Part shown: positions 26,996 through 34,407 of the stretch, piece after piece
Position numbering within the stretch: position 1 is the first letter of the stretch
How the letters are laid out: every line of letters begins with the position of its first letter
Origin: a virus
DNA: 42,823 nucleotides
IMG/VR virus record: IMGVR_UViG_3300045043_000023
Location: 1 to 42,823 of that record
Reading direction: 5' to 3' (one strand)
Translations under genes and position numbers: made by a program
The notes under the pieces: generated by a model
What the model saw: only the letters and a program-made list of their open reading frames with translations
The model's database searches: none
Told to the model about the DNA's origin: nothing

Positions 26996-27394
26996 TTACC
27001 TCGGTTGGGTTCTCCCGCGATGCCTGGTCGGGATTTCCGACTGCGGCGCATGGCAGGGCTGCTCGGGACTTCCTTCGATATTCGCCGCCATGCCCAGGAG
27101 TTCCAGCAGGTTCTCCTGCTGCCTCGGCGAGAGCAGGACAAACCGGCGCAGCATCGTAATCTGCCGCGTGTCTTTCACTAGAACGCCGTCCACTCCCGGC
27201 ATATCGCGTGTAAGTGCTGCCGGGTCGACCAGAGTCACCTCGGCGATCTTGAGAATGTTGGTGGTGCCAGGGTTCTTCCGGTGGCTTTCCCACTGCCCGA
27301 CGATGCCATGGCTGACGCCTACGGCTGCGGCCAACTCTCGCTGATTGAGACCAGCAGCCTGGCGAGCCTGACGAATCCTGTCGCCGATCTTCAT
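26996..27394 (-). CDS. XRE-family HTH repressor (CI-like, no S24 peptidase domain)
   Basis: MKIGDRIRQARQAAGLNQRELAAAVGVSHGIVGQWESHRKNP is a classic XRE HTH. Divergent from a Cro-like gene. Start set at 27394. Confidence 0.8.
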   Translation of the reverse strand: MKIGDRIRQARQAAGLNQRELAAAVGVSHGIVGQWESHRKNPGTTNILKIAEVTLVDPAALTRDMPGVDGVLVKDTRQITMLRRFVLLSPRQQENLLELLGMAANIEGSPEQPCHAPQSEIPTRHRGRTQPR

Positions 27395-27490
27395 AGCCGG
27401 CAGGGTGACACTAAGTCTGTCAGTCTGGGGGAAGCAATCTAGCGTCCCAAGGGGGGTTCCCCTTTCAGCTTCCCGACGGTAAGCTATGTC
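27395..27490. promoter_or_regulatory. Divergent promoter/operator region of the repressor-Cro switch
   Basis: 96-bp intergenic region containing TGACA-N7-TGTCA (27406..27422) and AAGGGG-ggtt-CCCCTT (27449..27464). Confidence 0.6.
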
Positions 27491-27691
27491 ATGCCCGACG
27501 GTATGGCCCTGCTCCGAGCGCAACGTGGCTTGTGTGCCAAGGTCGCTCACGGCCTCGGCCTCACGCGTGCGTCAGTCGTGAAATGGCGGCAGGTGCCGGC
27601 CGAACGGGTGGTCGAGATCGAACGGATATCCGGCATTCCACGAGAGAAGCTACGGCCTGACCTGTATCGCAAATGCCTGACCGCCGCCTGA
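27491..27691 (+). CDS. Cro / YdaS-like HTH regulator
   Basis: LCAKVAHGLGLTRASVVKWRQVPAERVVEIERISGIPREKLRPDLY fits the YdaS/Cro pattern. Divergent from the repressor. Confidence 0.7.
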   Translation: MPDGMALLRAQRGLCAKVAHGLGLTRASVVKWRQVPAERVVEIERISGIPREKLRPDLYRKCLTAA

Positions 27692-27739
27692 CACCGTAAC
27701 ACGTCAACAACGCGCCGGGGGGCGCGGAGGGGGGACATC

Positions 27740-27844
27740 ATGACCGGCTGGCTCGTCGCGGCACTGGGATACTGGTTCCTACTGTCTGTCTGCGTCGGCA
27801 CTGGCATCGGCACGCTGTTCGCCGCTCTGGATGAGGGCGCCTGA
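27740..27844 (+). CDS. Small membrane peptide (34 aa)
   Basis: Hand-translated MTGWLVAALGYWFLLSVCVGTGIGTLFAALDEGA. GGAGGGGGG lies upstream and the stop is 2 nt before the next ATG. Confidence 0.45.
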   Translation: MTGWLVAALGYWFLLSVCVGTGIGTLFAALDEGA

Positions 27845-27846
27845 CC

Positions 27847-28239
27847 ATGGCGTCACGGCAAAAGGCGTTGCCTCGCTTCAAGAGCTTCACCGACCTGGCG
27901 CGTGAATACATCCGCCTGATCGTGCTGGTGCGCCGGTACAACGGAACCAGCGCAGCCCACGTCATTGCCGATACAGCCGGCGAGTTGGGCCTGGGCAAGC
28001 GCCGCACCGCCGCGATCTATTACGGCTACGACGAGCGATACGCGACCGGCGTGGACGAGACCGAGTGGATGTCGGTGCGGGAGAAAGCCGCCGTCATCTT
28101 GCTGAAGGAGGCGGCATCGCTGCGACGCAGGGCCGCCTACCTGGAGGCCAAGGCGGAACAGATCCAAGCGGATACGCCGTCTCAATTCAACAATGGGGGG
28201 GCTGACGCATGGCTATCCGTTGCTGGTGGCTCCGAATGA
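27847..28239 (+). CDS. Hypothetical protein
   Basis: 130-aa ORF in the rightward early operon. Confidence 0.6.
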   Translation: MASRQKALPRFKSFTDLAREYIRLIVLVRRYNGTSAAHVIADTAGELGLGKRRTAAIYYGYDERYATGVDETEWMSVREKAAVILLKEAASLRRRAAYLEAKAEQIQADTPSQFNNGGADAWLSVAGGSE

Positions 28240-28306
28240 CGGCTTGCCTCAAGGAATGTGTTGCCCGGTGGCTGCTGGCGCGTGACAGGCGCTCTGGACA
28301 CAAGCG

Positions 28307-28804
28307 GTGAGCGGCAACCGCCCCCGGCAGAGCCACGAGTGGCTCGACGCATCCACGGTGCGCCTGCGTGTGCTGTGGGCCGAGGGCGTGGGCACCAAGG
28401 AGATCGGCGTCGAGTTGGGCGTCGGCAAGAACGCGGTGATCGGCAAGGCCCGCCGGCTCGGCCTGGCGCCGCGTCCTTCGCCGCTCGGGTTAGGGCGGGG
28501 CCAGCCGCTGCCGCCGCCACGTCCGCGTCCGGTGGCGCTGCCCAGCCTGTATCGCCAGTTGGAGCCGCAGCAGCGCTCGTCGCTCGCCGGGCGTCCACCG
28601 GCACCGCCAGCCACGCCACCAACCCCGCCAGAGCCACCGCCCGCGCCGCAGAGCAGCGGCGGGACGTGCATGTATCCGATATCAGATGGTAGGCCCTGGC
28701 GCTTCTGTGGCGCCCCCTGCGTGCCCAATCGTGTTTATTGTGCCGAACATGTCGCTCTTTGCTACCACCCGCCCGGCCGTCACCGGTTCGAGGCGGCGGC
28801 ATGA
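28307..28804 (+). CDS. gcrA: GcrA-like cell-cycle regulator
   Basis: N-terminus W.D..V.LR.LWAEG....EIG.ELGV.KNAVIGKA.RLGL, a Pro-rich linker, and C-terminus CMYPISDGRPWRFCGAPCVPNRVYCAEHVALCY match GcrA architecture. Confidence 0.8.
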   Translation: MSGNRPRQSHEWLDASTVRLRVLWAEGVGTKEIGVELGVGKNAVIGKARRLGLAPRPSPLGLGRGQPLPPPRPRPVALPSLYRQLEPQQRSSLAGRPPAPPATPPTPPEPPPAPQSSGGTCMYPISDGRPWRFCGAPCVPNRVYCAEHVALCYHPPGRHRFEAAA

Positions 28805-29070
28805 AGCTGCAGCACAGCCCCACCCCGCGCGTGGCCTCGGCGATCGCAGCAGTCGCTGCCGGTGAGACGCGCGCCGCCGTCGCTGCCCGGCTCGGTATGA
28901 GCGAGAACGCCGTCGCCCAGGCGCTCGATCGCTGGCGTTACTGGAAGCCGCCTGCGGTGGCGCCGACCGTGCAGCACCGCTGCCTGCAGTGCCGTGAGGT
29001 GTTCGAGGCCGAGCATCGTGGCAATTGGGTATGCTCCACCTGCAAATCCGCCGAGAGGTGGCGCGCATGA
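28801..29070 (+). CDS. HTH plus zinc-ribbon protein
   Basis: The ATG at 28801 overlaps the gcrA stop (ATGA). Contains AAGETRAAVAARLGMSENAVAQAL and CLQC..(17)..CSTC. Confidence 0.55.
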   Translation: MKLQHSPTPRVASAIAAVAAGETRAAVAARLGMSENAVAQALDRWRYWKPPAVAPTVQHRCLQCREVFEAEHRGNWVCSTCKSAERWRA

Positions 29071-29495
29071 ACGGCGATCTGCCAGCCGGCGTGCCGGGCG
29101 GTGCATGGACGTTGCGGGTGCCTGAGCCGGCGGCGCGGCAATACCCGGAGGCCGATCTGCAGCACGCCGTGATGCTGTTCCTCGCGGCCGCCTTGCCACG
29201 CGACGCTATCGCGCATCACTCACCCGGCGAGGGCAAACGCACCAAGTCGGCGCAGGCGGCGCTGTCGCGCTCCGGCTACTGCAAAGGCTGGCCGGACATC
29301 GAGATCGTCTGGCGTGGACGCGTGTACTTCATCGAACTGAAAGCGGCGCGCGGTGTGCTGAGTGCGGCGCAGCGGGAGACGCATCGGCGGCTGGTCTACA
29401 GCGGCGCCGAGGTCGTGGTGTGTCGCGGTGTCGAGGGCGTCGAGCGGGCGCTGCGCGATGCGGGCATGCCGCTGCGGGCGACGGTGATGGCCTAA
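29067..29495 (+). CDS. VRR-NUC domain nuclease
   Basis: ADLQHAVMLFL..., GWPDIEIVWRGRVYFIELKAARGVLSAAQRETHRRL fits the PD-(D/E)XK VRR-NUC pattern. The ATG overlaps the upstream stop. Confidence 0.75.
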   Translation: MNGDLPAGVPGGAWTLRVPEPAARQYPEADLQHAVMLFLAAALPRDAIAHHSPGEGKRTKSAQAALSRSGYCKGWPDIEIVWRGRVYFIELKAARGVLSAAQRETHRRLVYSGAEVVVCRGVEGVERALRDAGMPLRATVMA

Positions 29496-29512
29496 TGGAT
29501 CGGGAGGAATAG

Positions 29513-29812
29513 ATGCTGAATGACGAGCAGGCCGGCATCGTCAAGGGGCTGTTGGCGCGTGGGGAAAAGCAGCACGATATCGCGGCCTTCCTGGGCGTCA
29601 ACGGTGGTCGCATCGCGGAGATTGCCAAGGGCTACAAGTTCGCCGACGTGAAGCCGGCCGCCAAGCGTGATCTACCGACGCCTGCTGTCGTGATGCAGGG
29701 CTATTCTTCGTACGTTGCATTGCAGGCGCTGCGGATTATCGAACTTGCGGTGCATTCGGCGATCGCCCGTATTGCCGAGCATGTCGAGCCGCATTCGAAG
29801 AATCCGTCGTGA
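29513..29812 (+). CDS. Hypothetical HTH-like protein
   Basis: 99 aa with GGGAGG upstream. GEKQHDIAAFLGVNGGRIAEIAKG looks like an HTH. Confidence 0.55.
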   Translation: MLNDEQAGIVKGLLARGEKQHDIAAFLGVNGGRIAEIAKGYKFADVKPAAKRDLPTPAVVMQGYSSYVALQALRIIELAVHSAIARIAEHVEPHSKNPS

Positions 29813-30756
29813 GCGCAGCGCTGCATATGGTCAATGAATCGGTCTCCGAATGGGAGTCCGATGGGCTGGCGCTGGGCGAGCGTGAACGCTCTGCAGCATC
29901 GCTGATGTGGGACATCGGCGACTGGTGGAACCGTGGCCAGCGCTACGGCGAGCGGGCGCAGATCGTCAGCGCTGATGGATGGACAGGACCAGCGTATGGG
30001 ACGTGCCGTAATGCTGGGTCTGTGGCTACTAAGTTCGATGTGTCACTGCGTCGTGACAGTCTCAGCTTTGATCACCACAAGGTAGTTGCTGCGCTGCCTG
30101 ACGATGAGGCGCGCTCACTGCTCGATGTAGCCGCGACGCAGCACCTGTCAGTGGCTGAACTGCGAGCGCTGGTAAAGCGGGACAAGCGGGCTGCGAAGGA
30201 GGAGGAGCTAGGCGAGGCACAGGCCGAGGCGCTATCGACTGGTGGAGGCTTCGGGGTCATCTATGCCGATCCGCCGTGGCGCTTCGAGCCATACTCGCGC
30301 GACACCGGCATGGATCGTGCGGCCGACAACCACTATCCGACCATGACGCTGGACGATCTGCTCGTGCTGCCAGTGCCGGCTGCGAGCGACGCGGTGCTGT
30401 TTCTGTGGGCGACGGTGCCGATGCTGCCCGAGGCGCTCGATGTCATGGCGGCATGGGGGTTCGCGTACAAAAGCCACTACGTCTGGGTGAAGGACCGCAT
30501 CGGCACCGGCTACTGGACGCGCAACCAGCATGAGCTACTGCTGATTGGTACGCGCGGGGATATTCCGGCGCCGGCACCAGGCGAGCAATACGCATCGGTG
30601 GTTTCTGCTGCGGTGGGTGAGCACAGCGCCAAGCCGGCGATGTTCGCCGAGATGATCGAGGAGATGTTTCCGAATCTGCCGGCGGTCGAGTTGTTCGCGC
30701 GTGGGCCGCGCCTTGGTTGGACGGTGTGGGGCAACGAGGCGGAGGTCGCTGCGTGA
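29809..30756 (+). CDS. MT-A70 family N6-adenine DNA methyltransferase
   Basis: VIYADPPWRFE...DNHYPTM..D......P....DAVLFLWAT...L.EAL.VM.AWGF.YKS..VW.K...G.GYW.RNQHELLLIGTRG. The DPPW catalytic motif is present. Confidence 0.85.
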   Translation: MSAALHMVNESVSEWESDGLALGERERSAASLMWDIGDWWNRGQRYGERAQIVSADGWTGPAYGTCRNAGSVATKFDVSLRRDSLSFDHHKVVAALPDDEARSLLDVAATQHLSVAELRALVKRDKRAAKEEELGEAQAEALSTGGGFGVIYADPPWRFEPYSRDTGMDRAADNHYPTMTLDDLLVLPVPAASDAVLFLWATVPMLPEALDVMAAWGFAYKSHYVWVKDRIGTGYWTRNQHELLLIGTRGDIPAPAPGEQYASVVSAAVGEHSAKPAMFAEMIEEMFPNLPAVELFARGPRLGWTVWGNEAEVAA

Positions 30757-31571
30757 GCGATCTGTTCCCTGCCACGCTCGCGGAGATGGCGCGCGAGGCC
30801 GAGCGCGAGGTGGCACTGCGCCGGCGTGTCTATCCCCGCTGGGTCGCTGAAGGCCGTATGAAGGCGCACCACGCCGAGCGGCAGATCGCGCGCCATCTCC
30901 GCAGAACTGCAGCGCAGGGAGAGGGCGGAATGACGGTGGACGAGACTCGTTTCATGCCGCAAAATGCAGAACCCGCCGATGCGGAAACATCGACGGGTCC
31001 GAAGACGTGTGAACTGCCGCAGGCGCGGCTGAGAATGGAAAGCCGTTGCTGGTCCCATTTTCAGCATGCCTCTGGGCTTAACGCAAGAGGTATGCCTTCC
31101 ATGTCCCAAAACGATAACGCGACTGTCAGGCGCTCGCCGTCCGGTTGGCACGACTATGGCTCGGCCCATGATGCTGGCCATGACGAGATGCAACTGGACG
31201 TGTATCGCTTCTATGAGAAGCTGGTTGGCGAGCAAATAGGCGCTGGTAAATTACTCTATGTTGTGGCTGAGGCGCCAATTGTAGACGATAAGTCTGGTCG
31301 GCTTATAGCGTTTGCAGACATTGGATTGCGTGTAGAAGCCCCCGCTGGCCAACCTAGATGGCATATGCTGGAACTGAAGCCGCGCATCTATACGTGCGGC
31401 GGTCTGATTCGCCAGTGCAAGGCGCTGGTCCAGATCATTGAAAGGCTTTCAGATATTCATCACAGAGTTACAGCGGTTGTCTACGATGACGACCCAAAGC
31501 TGGCCATGTTGAAGGAGTTGTATTCGGACGTTTACCCCTTCAATCGCGCTAAGCGGCGGATCGTAGCATGA
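30753..31571 (+). CDS. Composite ORF: a small conserved-looking N-terminal module fused in frame to a lower-GC PD-(D/E)XK-like module
   Basis: The GTG overlaps the methylase stop. An internal ATG at 31101 has AGAGG 10 nt upstream and could start a separate 156-aa protein. FADIGL...HMLELKP gives D...ExK. Confidence 0.5.
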   Translation: MSDLFPATLAEMAREAEREVALRRRVYPRWVAEGRMKAHHAERQIARHLRRTAAQGEGGMTVDETRFMPQNAEPADAETSTGPKTCELPQARLRMESRCWSHFQHASGLNARGMPSMSQNDNATVRRSPSGWHDYGSAHDAGHDEMQLDVYRFYEKLVGEQIGAGKLLYVVAEAPIVDDKSGRLIAFADIGLRVEAPAGQPRWHMLELKPRIYTCGGLIRQCKALVQIIERLSDIHHRVTAVVYDDDPKLAMLKELYSDVYPFNRAKRRIVA

Positions 31572-32479
31572 GCGCTCCCGCATTTGCATGGGCCATGGAA
31601 CGTGGCGCCACGCTGTCGCTGTCGCCGTCCGAGCGGCTGGTGCTGCTTTACCTGAGTGACACGGCGAACGGGTCCAAGGTCTGCTGGCCTGGGCAGGAGA
31701 CGATCGTCCGGTTTACCGGGTTGGCGTTGCGGACGGTGCGGGCGGTGATTCCGGCGCTGGTGCGATATGGCCTGATCGAGGTCGAGAGCCGCCCCGGCGT
31801 CGTCACCCGCTACCACATCCTACGTTCCGATACCCCGGCAAACGGTCACGGGGGTAATGACGAGCACCCCGGCAATCCGTCACAGGGCACCCCGGCAGAT
31901 AGTGCCAGGGTCGCGCACCAAACCCCGGCAAATAGTATCCCACCCCCCGGCAATCCGTCACAGGGTGACCCCGGCAATATGTCACATGGTGACCAGGGTG
32001 ACCCCGGCAAATGCGACACCGGACCCCGGCAAATGGTGATGCCAACCCCGGCAAAATGTACCCCCGAACCTAAGAGAACCAAGAAAGAGAACCAAGAAAG
32101 GAAGGAAGAACCCCCCCCTATGTCCCCCCCCTCCGGGGTGGGAAAGCGTGGCCGACCCCTCCCCGCCGATTGGCAACCTCATGCCCGAAGTCTCGCCATG
32201 GGGTTCGACCTCGGGATGAGCCGCGAACAGATCGTCGCCGAGGCCGAGGCGATGCGCGACTGGGCGGCGCACAAGGGCGAGACCGGGCACGACTGGGACC
32301 GCCGGTTCAGCAACTGGCTCCGAGAGTCCCACCGACGCGGGTTGCGCACTCGTCCAACCGTCCAGCCGGCCAAGAGCGCCATCGACCAAATTCGCGAGGA
32401 CTGGGACCTACCGACGCTCCTCGGCCCGATCATGGACGACGACGAACCAGCCCAGCGCCACGTCAGGCTCGTGTCGTGA
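31568..32479 (+). CDS. Replication initiator (winged-helix, lambda O-like logic) carrying the origin iterons
   Basis: N-terminus LSPSERLVLLYLSDTANGSKVCWPGQETIVRFTGLALRTVRAVIPALVRYGLIE is a replication-protein type HTH. The middle of the gene is built from the iteron array. Confidence 0.7.
   Translation: MSAPAFAWAMERGATLSLSPSERLVLLYLSDTANGSKVCWPGQETIVRFTGLALRTVRAVIPALVRYGLIEVESRPGVVTRYHILRSDTPANGHGGNDEHPGNPSQGTPADSARVAHQTPANSIPPPGNPSQGDPGNMSHGDQGDPGKCDTGPRQMVMPTPAKCTPEPKRTKKENQERKEEPPPMSPPSGVGKRGRPLPADWQPHARSLAMGFDLGMSREQIVAEAEAMRDWAAHKGETGHDWDRRFSNWLRESHRRGLRTRPTVQPAKSAIDQIREDWDLPTLLGPIMDDDEPAQRHVRLVS
31833..32053 (+). repeat. Iteron array: nine direct copies of CCCCGGCA (candidate origin of replication)
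   Basis: Copies start at 31833, 31867, 31890, 31923, 31945, 31969, 32002, 32024 and 32046. Spacings are 34, 23, 33, 22, 24, 33, 22 and 22 bp, close to multiples of 11. Confidence 0.75.
32075..32100 (+). repeat. Tandem 13-mer AGAACCAAGAAAG x2 inside an A-rich purine tract (32071..32110) next to the iterons
   Basis: 32075..32087 equals 32088..32100. This is the most A-rich stretch in a GC-rich genome, so it is a candidate unwinding element. Confidence 0.55.
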
Positions 32480-33018
32480 GCAACCGGGACCATCTGCGAC
32501 TGGTCACCGGCTGGCTGTCCGACCTCGCCAACCTCACCGCCGGCACCGCCCCCCTGGCCGATGCCAAGACGAAGATCGCCGCCATCGCCAGCATGCTGGC
32601 CGAGGACTTTCCGGCCGGCGCGTTCACCCGTCAGTCGCTCAACGTCGTTGCCAGAGCGTGCAAGTTCTTCCCGAGCTACTCGGAGCTTTGCAGCACGCTT
32701 GGCCCTTGGTGGATCGAACACCGCCCACCACCGTCGCAACCGGCGATCAGCCAGGACGACCAGCGGGCGAAGGATGAGCGCGAGGAGCAGGAACGCAGCG
32801 ACAGTTGGCGCAACATCACCGACGAAGCGATCCGGGCAAAAATCCGCGCGCTGCACGGTCATCCCAAGCGGCAGGAACTCGGCCACTTCCTCGCCATCGC
32901 GCTGAAACGGAACATGCCGGCCAAGCTCGGCCTGCTGCCGCCCGAATGGCTCGATGCGCCGCCAGCGCAATCCGCCGAGGTGATCGAGCTGCGTAAGCCA
33001 CGGGAGCCTGTCGCATGA
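32476..33018 (+). CDS. Hypothetical replication-module protein
   Basis: The GTG overlaps the upstream TGA (GTGA). 180 aa, sited where lambdoid phages carry a helicase loader. No motif recognised. Confidence 0.55.
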   Translation: MSNRDHLRLVTGWLSDLANLTAGTAPLADAKTKIAAIASMLAEDFPAGAFTRQSLNVVARACKFFPSYSELCSTLGPWWIEHRPPPSQPAISQDDQRAKDEREEQERSDSWRNITDEAIRAKIRALHGHPKRQELGHFLAIALKRNMPAKLGLLPPEWLDAPPAQSAEVIELRKPREPVA

Positions 33019-33224
33019 GCGCCACCCGCATCGCCCGCGACCTCGCCGACATGTCCACCGACTGGGCCATCGTCGCCCACCAGCCGGCCCGCACCATGCG
33101 CTGGGCCTACACCGTCAGCCAGGCCGACCTCCGCACCGAGATCGCCCACCGCCTGCTCGAAACCGTCCAACGCCGCGACCCGGACGGCTACGTGCTGCTC
33201 GCCCGAGTGAGGCCACGGGCATGA
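33015..33224 (+). CDS. Hypothetical protein
   Basis: 69 aa with overlapping start and stop. Confidence 0.55.
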   Translation: MSATRIARDLADMSTDWAIVAHQPARTMRWAYTVSQADLRTEIAHRLLETVQRRDPDGYVLLARVRPRA

Positions 33225-33466
33225 CCGCCAGTTTCGACCACCTGGTCCGCCAATGCGATCCAGACTACCGCCGCGCCGAGGCCATCGCCCTCAACATCAC
33301 CGACGACCTCGACGAGCTGCACGACGACCACCAGATCGTCATCATCTCAGCCCTCGCTCACATCCTCATCGCATTCATGCGCCAATGCCCGGCGCAATAC
33401 CGCACCGCCCTCACCGACAGCCTGCTCGCCGATCTCCGCCAGCAAATCCTCGATCCCGATGCTTGA
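33221..33466 (+). CDS. Hypothetical protein
   Basis: 81 aa with overlapping start and stop. Confidence 0.55.
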   Translation: MTASFDHLVRQCDPDYRRAEAIALNITDDLDELHDDHQIVIISALAHILIAFMRQCPAQYRTALTDSLLADLRQQILDPDA

Positions 33467-34028
33467 CGGGCGTCGTCTCAGGGCGCTAGACGAGTCCCAG
33501 CCCGATGCCTTCGAGCACCTCGGGTGCGGTAGCCGTTGGGCCGTCTGCCAAACCCACCCGCAAGCCGAACGCTGGGCGTTCCTGAACCTGGAACGCCAGG
33601 GCTACACCGCGTTCCTCCCGATGCACCTGGTCCTACGACGCGATCCGGTGCTGCGTACGCTGACCCGCCGCGTCCTCGCCCCGCTCTACGTCGGCTACCT
33701 GTTCGTCCAGCCAGGCACCCACTGGGGACCAATCCAGCACAGTCGCGGCGTCTCCAAGCTGCTCATGAACGGGGAACGCCCCCAGTTGTGCTCTCCGGGC
33801 GCTGTAGAGGCGCTGGAGCGGTCAGAGGCATCCAGACGCTCACCACCAGCGGAAAGCGCCCTATACGCCCCAGGCGAGGCTGTGAGCCTCGCGACGGGTA
33901 GTCTTAGTGGCCACCATGGCGTCATCGTCCGCACCACCGCCTCACACGCCGTCGTGGCGCTGCTGCTCATGGGCCGACTGGTCGAGGCATCCGTCCGCCT
34001 CGATGCACTCGCCAGGCCCACCGCATGA
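33459..34028 (+). CDS. NusG/RfaH-family transcription antitermination factor (NGN + KOW)
   Basis: Aligns by eye with E. coli RfaH. WAVCQTHPQAERWAFLNLERQGYTAFLPM matches WYLLYCKRGQLQRAQEHLERQAVNCLAPM. APLYVGYLFVQ matches EPLFPNYLFVE. PGEAVSLATGSLSGHHGVIV matches PGDKVIITEGAFEGFQAIF. Confidence 0.8.
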   Translation: MLDGRRLRALDESQPDAFEHLGCGSRWAVCQTHPQAERWAFLNLERQGYTAFLPMHLVLRRDPVLRTLTRRVLAPLYVGYLFVQPGTHWGPIQHSRGVSKLLMNGERPQLCSPGAVEALERSEASRRSPPAESALYAPGEAVSLATGSLSGHHGVIVRTTASHAVVALLLMGRLVEASVRLDALARPTA

Positions 34029-34228
34029 AGCCGAGGCCCGACATCGTCGCCGCCATGGAACTGCTGCTAACGCCCCGACAGCGCGCGCGTATTCTGGAAC
34101 TGACATACGCCGGTCCCGACCGCGTCGCGGTGTTGCGTCAGGCGCTGAACCTCGGCCTCGATCAACTCGAACTAAAGTTCATGGATAGAGCCGAATTAGC
34201 CGCAGCTAACCCGAGGAGAGCGTCGTGA
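34025..34228 (+). CDS. Hypothetical protein
   Basis: 67 aa. The ATG overlaps the upstream stop. Confidence 0.55.
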   Translation: MKPRPDIVAAMELLLTPRQRARILELTYAGPDRVAVLRQALNLGLDQLELKFMDRAELAAANPRRAS

Positions 34229-34404
34229 ATTTGCTCTGGGTGCTCATCGTCGTGCTGCTCGTGCTGGTGCTGTTCGGCGGTGTCGCCGGCTATCGCGGCG
34301 GCTGGGGCGGACACCCATACGGCGGTTACTACAGCGGCGGCATCGGCATCGTCGGCGTCATCCTGGTGATCTTAGTGGTGCTTGTGCTCATGGGCAGACT
34401 GTGA
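34225..34404 (+). CDS. Small two-TM membrane protein (DUF3309-like; holin candidate)
   Basis: Hand-translated VNLLWVLIVVLLVLVLFGGVAGYRGGWGGHPYGGYYSGGIGIVGVILVILVVLVLMGRL (59 aa). The GTG overlaps the upstream TGA. Confidence 0.55.
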   Translation: MNLLWVLIVVLLVLVLFGGVAGYRGGWGGHPYGGYYSGGIGIVGVILVILVVLVLMGRL

Positions 34405-34407
34405 GCC

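Noticed and set aside
26765-27181. 138-aa plus-strand ORF antisense to the repressor gene
   Set aside because: It overlaps the well-supported XRE repressor and has no motifs, an Arg-rich composition and no RBS.
31803-32082. Several 60-83-aa alternate-frame and antisense ORFs across the iteron array
   Set aside because: These are artefacts of the repeated CCCCGGCA units, and the region lies inside the replication initiator reading frame.
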